Shown piece by piece: positions 20,594 to 29,033 of a stretch of DNA of 32,229 nucleotides (the first letter of the stretch is position 1; each line of letters opens with the position of its first letter). This stretch comes from Piptocephalis cylindrospora (taxonomy: Eukaryota), in the NCBI GenBank assembly GCA_003614145.1, contig KZ987747.1, forward strand, positions 1-32,229, given 5' to 3'. Under the pieces are notes generated by a model that saw only the letters and a list, made by a program, of their open reading frames with translations, searched no databases and was not told where the DNA came from. A program made the position numbers and the translations under genes.

Positions 20594-22873
20594 TCAAGCA
20601 GCCACAATCTTGACAACCACCCAGTGCCACAGATACATCACAGCCTGGGCAATGAGAGAGGTATGAAGCAGGGTCTTGGAGGTACGGAGCATCTGGGTAT
20701 TGTCCAGGGCTTGACCACGCATCCGAGCCCAAAGGGAAAGGAGTTGCATGGCAGAGAAAACGCAGAGAAACCACCGGGAGGTACCAGAAGCTTCCAGGAA
20801 GGCCAGGGGGATAAATGCAACTAAAAGTGCCCCAGCCCACATAATATCTCCTTGGGCCTTGACAGCCTGGCGCTTCTTGAGGCTACGATGAGATTGCATA
20901 TCCTCATCGTCATCGGGAACAAAGGACATCTTCTCCGAGTCCTTCTCACTACGATGCCCACGGCGCACCCGACTGGCCACAGTATCGGTGGTTTCCTCGG
21001 AAGTACCATTACCCCTTCCTCCTTGGGGCAAAGCCTTTTGCAGCTTGTAAGAGCGCATAGCCAGGCAAGCAATGGCAATGGCCATAATGATGGCGTAGGT
21101 ATAAGACACAACGGTATCATGGGATCCATGGGTCCCACTACCAAGGTATCTGGGGATACCATTATCACGATGAAATTCCTGGGACCCGAATAAACCACCT
21201 TTCTTCCCGTTGTATCCGGTAGTTCCCATGGTCTCATACCAGCTGGAGTCTCCCTTTCCATTGCCCTGAGCCCTCATGGCATCCTGGGCCTCACGTAGCC
21301 TCTTCATGGCAGATTCCCCACGGCTCCCAGTGACGGTACCATGAATCTGATCCTGGATCTCACGCGCCTTGTAGGAGGCACTATGACCCCAGCCCGAGGT
21401 CAGCCAGTTCCAAGTATTGTGCATGGCATCCCCCAAGTAGCTTGCTTCGTTTCTCAGATTGCCCGCGCGATCATTGACGGCCCGAACGGCCTTATCGTAC
21501 GTGACCCAAGCCCGCTCAGTCTGCTCATCAATCAGTTCTTCCATACGAGCCCAGGCCTTCTCGCCTCCGGATTTCAGAAGTCTCTCTCCCTCGGCACGGT
21601 CTTGCTTGGCCTTGTTGACTGCTTCCTTGGCTTGGACTTCAGCCTCCTTGACTGTTTCCTCTAGATGATGCAGCGCCTCTTCCCTGGCAGACACAGCTTG
21701 AGCATCCATTTCGCCCTTGAGCTTCTTCAGCTGCGCCTTCTGATCCTTGATGTACTGAGCAGCCCGAGCGGTATCTTCCTTTGCAGCCTGATGTGCGGCA
21801 CGGGCTGCACGATCAGTACTGGCGAGTGAATCCCTCAATGAGGCCGTGACCTGGGCCTTGGCGTCCTTAGTGGCCTTTTTCCCGGACTGAGCCAGGGCCT
21901 GGAGATCCCGATCCATCTTGGACTTCTCCACCTTGGCTCTATCTAGTGCCCCTTCAGCCTTATCCCTGGCCGTGACGAGCCAGGAGTTCATCCACTCCCC
22001 AACCCCACCGGCCCAGTCAGTGGCTTGATCGGCAGCTTGGTCGGCAGTAGAGGAGACAGTGGAATCAATTTCATCCAGCTGACCCTGGAAGTATCCGATA
22101 CCCCAAGCAGCATTGTCCTTGATCCTGGCATATAGAGACTCGATTCCCTCCTTTCCAGAAGCTTCAACATCATCCCAGCTACGGCTCTTACCCTCCATGT
22201 AGCCCTTGGCCCAATCGGCCTGTCTGGTTGCTTTATCCTTGGCCCCCTCCCACGCGCTGGAAAAGTATTTCCAGGTTGTTTCGAGGTCCTGCCGGAGACG
22301 ACGAGCATTGGCTTCGCGACGATCCTTGAGCATGTCATACATGTCGTTAGCCCCTTCGACCACACGGCTTTTGGCATCGTACGCGCCCTCTTTGGCCTTT
22401 CGCTGGGCATATCCAGCTCCTTCACTGGCCTTCTCCCTGGCATATTCGGCCCCCTCGCCAGCCTTCTCCCTGGCATACCCAGCTCCTTCACCCGCCTTCT
22501 CCCTGGCATACTCGGCTCCTTCACCCGCCTTCTCCCTAGCATACTCGGCCCCCTCACCCGCCTTCTCCCTAGCATACTCGGCCCCCTCACCCGCCTTCTC
22601 CCTGGCATACTCGGCCCCCTCGCCAGCCTTCTCCCTAGCGTACTCGGCTCCTTCACCGAGCTTCTCCTTGGCATAGTCGTAGCCCTGACCGGCCATATCC
22701 TGAGTGGCGAGCCAAGCCTCAAAACTCAGCTCCTGGGCCGAATCCTTAGCCTGATTGGCCGCGGCTCCAGTGGCCTTTTGTGCCTCAGACCAGGCCTTCT
22801 TGGCGTGATACTTGGCATTAGACTCCTTGGGCTGGGTCCAGGTAGAGATGTGATCGTAGATGTAATCAGCCAT
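20594..22873 (-). CDS. LEA (group 3-like 11-mer repeat) coiled-coil protein with C-terminal 4-TM MAPEG-like domain; 759 aa
   Basis: Intronless. The probable start is MADYIYD at 22873, because the upstream ORF extension contains a TATA box and CT-rich leader. Ten YAREKAGEGAE-type repeats, a long Ala/Lys/Glu helical region and four C-terminal hydrophobic helices. Confidence 0.85.
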   Translation of the reverse strand: MADYIYDHISTWTQPKESNAKYHAKKAWSEAQKATGAAANQAKDSAQELSFEAWLATQDMAGQGYDYAKEKLGEGAEYAREKAGEGAEYAREKAGEGAEYAREKAGEGAEYAREKAGEGAEYAREKAGEGAGYAREKAGEGAEYAREKASEGAGYAQRKAKEGAYDAKSRVVEGANDMYDMLKDRREANARRLRQDLETTWKYFSSAWEGAKDKATRQADWAKGYMEGKSRSWDDVEASGKEGIESLYARIKDNAAWGIGYFQGQLDEIDSTVSSTADQAADQATDWAGGVGEWMNSWLVTARDKAEGALDRAKVEKSKMDRDLQALAQSGKKATKDAKAQVTASLRDSLASTDRAARAAHQAAKEDTARAAQYIKDQKAQLKKLKGEMDAQAVSAREEALHHLEETVKEAEVQAKEAVNKAKQDRAEGERLLKSGGEKAWARMEELIDEQTERAWVTYDKAVRAVNDRAGNLRNEASYLGDAMHNTWNWLTSGWGHSASYKAREIQDQIHGTVTGSRGESAMKRLREAQDAMRAQGNGKGDSSWYETMGTTGYNGKKGGLFGSQEFHRDNGIPRYLGSGTHGSHDTVVSYTYAIIMAIAIACLAMRSYKLQKALPQGGRGNGTSEETTDTVASRVRRGHRSEKDSEKMSFVPDDDEDMQSHRSLKKRQAVKAQGDIMWAGALLVAFIPLAFLEASGTSRWFLCVFSAMQLLSLWARMRGQALDNTQMLRTSKTLLHTSLIAQAVMYLWHWVVVKIVAA
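22346..22675 (-). repeat. 33-bp tandem repeat x10 encoding LEA-type 11-mers
   Basis: YAKEKLGEGAE, YAREKAGEGAE x4, YAREKAGEGAG, YAREKAGEGAE, YAREKASEGAG, YAQRKAKEGAY, DAKSRVVEGAN. Differences among the central units are mostly synonymous. Confidence 0.95.
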
Positions 22874-23044
22874 GGTGTGATTGAAGGATGAATTGAAAAA
22901 GGCGATCAAGCGGCGTTGATGGGGAAGGTGATATTCACAAGGAAATGATGCAGGTAGAAAGAAGAATGAAGTGGAAGAAGGTGGTGATGATAGGGGAACG
23001 TTGCTTTTTATCAAAGTGGCGCTGCGATCAAAATATCCTTTGTG

Positions 23045-23051
23045 TTTTATA
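23045..23051 (-). promoter_or_regulatory. TATA box (TATAAAA) of the LEA-like gene
   Basis: Consensus TATA 172 nt upstream of ATG 22873. Confidence 0.55.
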
Positions 23052-23783
23052 ACCTCGCGAGGCCCACCGGACAAAGAAGCTTCTGTAGAACTTCTCATAC
23101 GCTGTGTTTTTCATACTTCTCACCAGGCTTTCCGTATTGAGAAATTCCTGAGAAAATCCAGAATAATATGTATGGATGACCTCATATTCTTAGTACACAT
23201 GTGTATGATTTAATTTGCCTCGGATGGCGATGGGGGGATATGTGGTTCATTATGACAGACTGATTGGCCAAGTGATCACAAGAAGAGTGTGTGTGACAGT
23301 GAAAGGGCTGGTCATCTAGTCTCACACCGTTGGTTTCACATCACAACGGCCTGGAGCCGCGGGTGTCAGTCCCCACACTTTACCACTCATCAATGCCTGT
23401 CTAACAATTATCAGAGCCGTGCCCTACTTGGGATCCACACCCGAGTATGACGTGAATAAGAAAATGGGAATTTGAGACAGGTTAAAAACATCACTAGTTT
23501 CCCAGGTCATACCTTTAATGAGATTTCGCTGTTTACTACTACCTTTCTCTAATCAGAGTGAGAGCGTCAGTATTCACACGGCTCTTACCTCACTTGGGGT
23601 ATGCCTGTAAGGGGAAAAAGGACAGATATGTCTCGCCTTGAATGATATGGACTGACATAGATAGGTATATCCATATCGAGAGATCTATCCCAACGCTCAG
23701 GACGAGTAGATGCATTGAGAATCGTGGTTTCCTAATAAGGCGATAGATAGTCTTACAAGTGCGCACTAAGGTTTAAACCTCGC

Positions 23784-23824
23784 AACCTAGTAACCCAGTA
23801 ACCCAGTAACCCAGTAAACCCAGT
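23784..23824 (+). repeat. 8-bp tandem repeat (AACCCAGT) x5
   Basis: aacctagt aacccagt aacccagt aacccagt aaacccagt, read directly from the sequence. Confidence 0.9.
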
Positions 23825-25066
23825 ATCATCAACCGATGATCGTATTGTCGAGCTCCAAGTTCCCCTCCCCATATTACCCGAGCTGGAATCAGAAATAGCA
23901 CTAGGTGGTGGAGTACATATTTAAACAGGGTATATCGCGCGATGGGCCAGAACAAAGCACATCTACGATTTGATCTAATAAGGAAAGGTACATTTGGGCT
24001 ACTTGTGGATGAAATAGCAACACTGGGCATTCCTTCCAGATCGATTTCTTAGCGTTGCCTGTGACCTTAAATACTACTATTTTGACCTCCGCTCCAGACC
24101 AGCCCCAGGACCATGCACATGAGATGACCTCGCTCATCCGATGGCCACTCGTAAAGCCATCCGCCTCTCCTAGCCGTGAGATGCAGAGCAATCAAGTTTA
24201 CCCATGCCAGAGTGATCAAAAGTATACTTTTAAAAGGGCGTCTAACAGCATACCAAGCAGCACTACTCCATGGGAAATGATGAATTTTCGCCTTTTGCTC
24301 AGATAAAGACCATCCAAATCTTCTTTACTATTTTTTTACCGTTAGTGTAGCCAATACCTTATGCGCCCTATTCTAGCTCATACTTATTCCTAGCAGGCCC
24401 CATCAAGTGCTTCGGTGTCCAAGTCAGTCATTGCGACTCTTGTCAGAAGGAATGAAGGGTTTGCGGAGTTTCAATCCTATTGAGAAGAGAGGGCAAAAGA
24501 ATAGTGGAAAGAGTAAGGCTCCATCCACCTCCCCTAAACCATCTCAAACACGGACATCCCGTCTTCAACTCCGCAAGTCCCGATGCTCTTGAGTGAGAAC
24601 ATTGGGAGGTAGAGGTCACTGAGTCACAGTCGCTCTTGGCGTTAGACCAACATAACCTTTCAAGTCCAAGGGCTGGGAATTCTGACATATTGACTCCTTC
24701 CTCATCATCTTTCGTCCTTCCCCTCATCCTCTCTCCACTTCAGCTATATCGCCTTTCCTCCGCTTCTCTTGGTTCAGACACCGTTCTTTTATCCCTCTCT
24801 ACGTCTGCCACTTTGCCTCGACCCCCGAGCCAACCATCCGCTTCACCCTTGTCTGGTAACTTTTGGAGATGATTTTGCTTATTCAATCGAACCTAATTTA
24901 ACGTAATTTCTCATCCATCACCTCACCATCTTGTCCACCACTACCATTATAGCATTGCACCCGGTGTGCACGGACCTTCAGCCTATCTTTTATAACTACT
25001 CTCAGCTCGCCACTTTCCCCACTCGTCCATCCATCAGCCAAGCAACCAATCTGCCTATCTGTCCAG

Positions 25067-26644
25067 ATGAAGTTCATCGCAGCCTTCGCCTCGCTGGCGC
25101 TGTGCACGACCCTTGGAATGACGCATGCCCAGCAATTACAATTTTGCCATAATCCAGTGACGCACACCGTTGAAACAGCAGCCAATTGCCCTAAGGGTGA
25201 ACAATCGGTTCCAAACGGAGAAGTTATTTGTGTAGATCAGACGAGTCAGACAGTCGTCAAGATCAAGAATAACGAATGCCCTCAAAATGCTATCTGGGGA
25301 AAAATGGCAGATTATTTCGCGGAGTCGTATCCGGCCAAGCCTGGAGATATGGTCATGCTCATTCTTTACTGTCGAGATTCACAAAATGGCCTCATTTCTG
25401 AGAATCTCACAACTTGTCCAAAAGGGAGCACGGATACGCCTTTCAACACTTTGGGTTGCCGATTCTACGAGGATGGCACCGCCTCGGGCTTGGATAGTCA
25501 AACCAACCAATGTCCACAGGGAAGTGCCCTTGTCGCCATCGACGACTATACCTGCCCCACAGCCAGCTGTAAGGTTGGCGATGTTATGGCCCCGAAAAAT
25601 GGAGTCATCCCTCCCACGGCGGAAATGGAGCAGCAGGATCAAGACCAGGGAGACGGGCCCAATGAACAGAATCAGGGTCAGGGACAGGATCAGGGCCAGG
25701 GTCAGGAAGATGGCTCTGACGGCGTCGAGGCCGTGTTCGGGGGTCTAGGTGGTTCCGGTAACATTTTAAATAAAATCTTTACAGTCCTCGAATCCTTTAG
25801 GATTCTCCCCTATTTCGATTCATATTTTTGCGAGGATAAGAAAACCCTCGAAATCACCCGGATGTCCTTTCAGACGGCGTGTACCGACGATCAATACTCC
25901 ATTGGGGGATACCAAGTGGCATGTCTTCATGAAGAAAAGCTCAACTTAGTGGATCCTGTGGACCTAGAATGCCCAAAATCATCTAAGATGGTCAACGTCG
26001 CCCGGTGGAAGTGCCCTTATCGTAGTACCCTTCAGGATGGAACTTGTGACCCTAGCGCCAAGCTTCTCCCCTTCAATGCCTCTATGGCCGACGATCTCCT
26101 TTATTGCACCGACTCCAAGGGTATGCTCGCCATTTCACCCAATTCATTCACATGTCCCTCCTCCACCTACCTAACCACCTCCTTTTACCGGCCGGGGTGC
26201 TGGGATCCCAAGACCAAGCTAAGGCACTTTAAAGAACAAATGATCTGTCCCGTAGGAACCGAATCCTTCGATACTGCCTTCTTTGTTTGTAGGGATGTCA
26301 CTAACAGCACCCTGTCCTCGATTAATTGCGGTGAGAATACCCCCGTGGTACCAGCTACCAAAGAGGAAATTATCCCGAATATTCAGTTCGACACCTCCCT
26401 CTACTTTCACAACATTTCTGGCGAAGATAAAAATCTGGCCGCTAAGGGTCAAAATGCTGACGGAAGCGAAGATGGAGGTACTGCTTTGGGTAACGTTGAC
26501 GGAGGCGGTACTGGAGGAGACACTGGGGGTAACACTGAAGGTAGTACTGGAGGGAACACTGGAGGGAACACTGGAGGGAACACTGGAGGGAACACTGGAG
26601 GGAACACCGAGGGTAACGCTGGAGGTAGTACTGGAGGCTCTTAG
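25067..26644 (+). CDS. Secreted cysteine-rich repeat protein A (525 aa; four ~80-aa modules, Gly/Asn/Thr tail)
   Basis: Intronless ORF. Signal peptide MKFIAAFASLALCTTLGMTHA, four [YF]C.D...C...C...CP.G...[YWF].C...C modules, a QG-rich linker and a (GGNT)n tail. Paralogous to 29034-31100. Confidence 0.92.
   Translation: MKFIAAFASLALCTTLGMTHAQQLQFCHNPVTHTVETAANCPKGEQSVPNGEVICVDQTSQTVVKIKNNECPQNAIWGKMADYFAESYPAKPGDMVMLILYCRDSQNGLISENLTTCPKGSTDTPFNTLGCRFYEDGTASGLDSQTNQCPQGSALVAIDDYTCPTASCKVGDVMAPKNGVIPPTAEMEQQDQDQGDGPNEQNQGQGQDQGQGQEDGSDGVEAVFGGLGGSGNILNKIFTVLESFRILPYFDSYFCEDKKTLEITRMSFQTACTDDQYSIGGYQVACLHEEKLNLVDPVDLECPKSSKMVNVARWKCPYRSTLQDGTCDPSAKLLPFNASMADDLLYCTDSKGMLAISPNSFTCPSSTYLTTSFYRPGCWDPKTKLRHFKEQMICPVGTESFDTAFFVCRDVTNSTLSSINCGENTPVVPATKEEIIPNIQFDTSLYFHNISGEDKNLAAKGQNADGSEDGGTALGNVDGGGTGGDTGGNTEGSTGGNTGGNTGGNTGGNTGGNTEGNAGGSTGGS
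26500..26640 (+). repeat. 12-bp coding repeat (GGAGGGAACACT)n encoding a GGNT tail
   Basis: GGGTGGDTGGNTEGSTGGNTGGNTGGNTGGNTGGNTEGNAGGSTGGS at the C-terminus of protein A. Confidence 0.9.
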
Positions 26645-27450
26645 AATGAGGATTACACCGCTGGCGATGTATCGCCCAGGCTTCCCACAAAGATTTATCA
26701 GTTTCCTTCTAGTTTCGCTGCTTTTCTCTCTATATTGTTTTCGTGCTTCCTCTGATAAGATGAGGCTTTGGAAGAAGCGGATGATTACTGATAAGCAGTT
26801 GTTTAGTAAGCTAAATAATGCAATTCCTCTATTAATTATGATGGAGAAATTATTTACCCACTTAGAAATAAGTTCAAGGGAGTGCCATCTCTTCTTTTCT
26901 TTTCATTCGCTAACCTTGATGATTACCTTACCGAGACATTTTAGATCAAGACGAAAACACTCTTGTCCGTATTGATGATTACAATACTTTCTCGATTATA
27001 ATTCAGTATTAAATTAGGATGAGCACCAGTAAAGTGTCATTAGATACTGCTCTCAGGGATACTCTCAGCGATAATAGTTTAGACTTAGAAAAATGATGAA
27101 ATACTTTTAATGTTGGGTTTTCCGCCCTTTTTAACTTTTATTGTCTGTGAGCGGCTTTAATCAGCTCGATCTGAGGGATGGTTACTAGTGAGCGGGATGG
27201 GTACTAGCAACACAACACTCGCGCATCGATGGGGGAATAAGAGAGGGAAAAAAGGATCGATGCGGAGCCCTCAGATGAGGGCAAAGTCTGGTCTCCCCTG
27301 CGCTTTTTATAGTGGTCGTTTACAGTGTGAGGCACTGCGCACCCTGACCATTTGGGAGAGGGTATGGTGTCCTCTTCACTATGGTGTCCCTCTCCCCACA
27401 ATAGGTATCCCTTTCCAATGTTTACTACTATTTTCTCCGACATTAATATG

Positions 27451-27522
27451 TCCGCAATGGTCTAGTGGCTAGGATTTCACGCTCTCACCGTGACGGCCGG
27501 GGTTCGATTCCCCGTTGCGGAA
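27451..27522 (+). tRNA. tRNA-Glu (anticodon CTC), intronless
   Basis: Acceptor stem TCCGCAA/TTGCGGA. D-arm TGGTCTAGTGGCTAGGA (A box). Anticodon stem TCACG/CGTGA with loop CT-CTC-AC (anticodon 27484-27486). T-arm GGTTCGATTCC (B box). Confidence 0.97.
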
Positions 27523-27526
27523 TGCC

Positions 27527-27531
27527 TTTTT
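27527..27531 (+). terminator. RNA polymerase III terminator (T5) of tRNA-Glu
   Basis: TTTTT 4 nt downstream of the discriminator base. Confidence 0.75.
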
Positions 27532-27704
27532 GTTACGAGAGACTTGTCGGAGTGGAAGTGCTACATCCTTTTGACAGAAATTATTGCTCCCTCCGCAGGC
27601 CTTGTGCTTTATTATAAGGGAGGGGGGGTGAATTCCCACTGGCGCTTCCATCTATCCGCCACTCTCGTTTCGCTTTGACTTGCTTCATTTTCCTTCACAA
27701 CACC

Positions 27705-28203
27705 ATGAGCGCCATCTTTGAGGGTAGTATTGTACGTTGGGAGGCAAAGTGTTTTCTGAACAAAGGCTCCTGAGCTGACTCCTCCTTGCCTGGTTCTCAC
27801 CGTAGGATTTCGAGGGACAGCATCTGACCCAAAGGATAGCTGAGGTAGTAGTCGTGGGAGGAACGGTAAGTGGTTCATGGATGGTCTGCATTTACGTCTT
27901 GGAATCATAATTCTTATACTCGGATACCCTGATTAGGCTGTGTCCTATGTTGTCGGGTACACCACAACTTCCGTCTATAACAGCTTCCTCACCTTCGGTG
28001 CTTCCGTGGCCCTGGCCATCCTGGTAAGGGTTGCAGACGGGTCAAAGGGATATTACCTTGTGGATCTTATCTCATGGGTCAACCTAATTGACCGTGCATT
28101 TCCGTCTTTTGATCATGGATAGATCTGTGTCCCTCCTTGGCCCACTTTCAATAAGCACCCCGTCAAGTTCCTACCCGCACTCAAAGCAGGAAAATCCGAG
28201 TAA
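27705..28203 (+). CDS. SPC1: Signal peptidase complex subunit 1 (SPC12/SPCS1); 4 exons, 84 aa
   Basis: Exons 27705-27731, 27806-27865, 27937-28023 and 28123-28203 give MSAIFEGSI|DFEGQHLTQRIAEVVVVGGT|AVSYVVGYTTTSVYNSFLTFGASVALAIL|ICVPPWPTFNKHPVKFLPALKAGKSE*. The DF.GQ and VPPWP.FNKHPVK[FW]LP motifs are diagnostic. Confidence 0.94.
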
Positions 28204-29033
28204 GGGGGAGAGGTTGCTTTTGTGTGGTCCATGAGGGAAAGGCAAATTTATTCAATGGAATATCTCAAAATGCTTCAATATATCCGATGTCCCTGAATGA
28301 TGGTTGACGACTAAGTGTACATCCAAGATAAAAAAGGAAGATAGAGAGACATATGTAACGGATCATTGAGCATAGGTGTATCAGAAGGGAGAAGAAGAGT
28401 AATTAGTCATTGGCTAAATATTAGTTGTTTTTGTATTGAGTAATTTGTTGTCATAGAAATAACGCCCAGGGTGCAGGGGCTGAATATCGGTAAAGATCAG
28501 TATCCCCAAATTATGTAAAACCGATATCGAACTTGAACGTTGAAGGGTACCTTTTCGCAAATGAAGACCATATCAAAGTGAAAGGAACATAGGGTAATAA
28601 AATACATCATCGACTCTTCATACTATCAACATAATGCTTGATTGAAATGCTGCATGGTTTATGATGGCCAACCATTTGGCCAATGGTACCTTTGTTTCCG
28701 AAGATATGTTGCTTCATTTCGGGTTGCGCCTGATTAGTTCTAACAGGTAGCTGGAACATACTAACCTTTGCAGTAAGGATGAATACCACATTGAGTTCAA
28801 CTTATTTACCTTAGTTATGCCTCCTGTAAGAAACATACTATATTATTATTATCATCTATAAGGATGGGTATAATGCGTGCTGTCCATGAATCTGTGCACT
28901 TTGTGAATACTGATGGAACAGGCGCTGTATATTTTAAGTGAACATGTGGTGGGCATGTTGACAACAAGGGCAGCGTAAGAGCAAGGTACGTGGTACCAAA
29001 TTTTCCATCGGAGGTATCTTTAGGCGCCGCCAT

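Noticed and set aside
21988..22722. Long alternative-frame and antisense ORFs over the LEA repeat; the 33-bp periodicity is superficially CRISPR-like
   Set aside because: These are shadow ORFs of a stop-poor coding repeat, with no unique spacers, in a eukaryotic context.
22874..23098. 75-codon N-terminal extension of the 834-aa ORF
   Set aside because: It contains a TATA box and CT-rich leader and has non-coding-like composition; ATG 22873 is the better start.
26283..26975. 230-aa overlapping ORF with a hydrophobic stretch past the stop of protein A
   Set aside because: It is a shadow of the GGNT repeat running into T-rich 3' UTR; there is no evidence for a frameshift or splice.
27093..27174. 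Possible box C/D snoRNA (ATGATGA ... CTGA, 82 nt)
   Set aside because: No terminal stem and no recognisable rRNA complement; such boxes arise by chance in AT-rich spacers.
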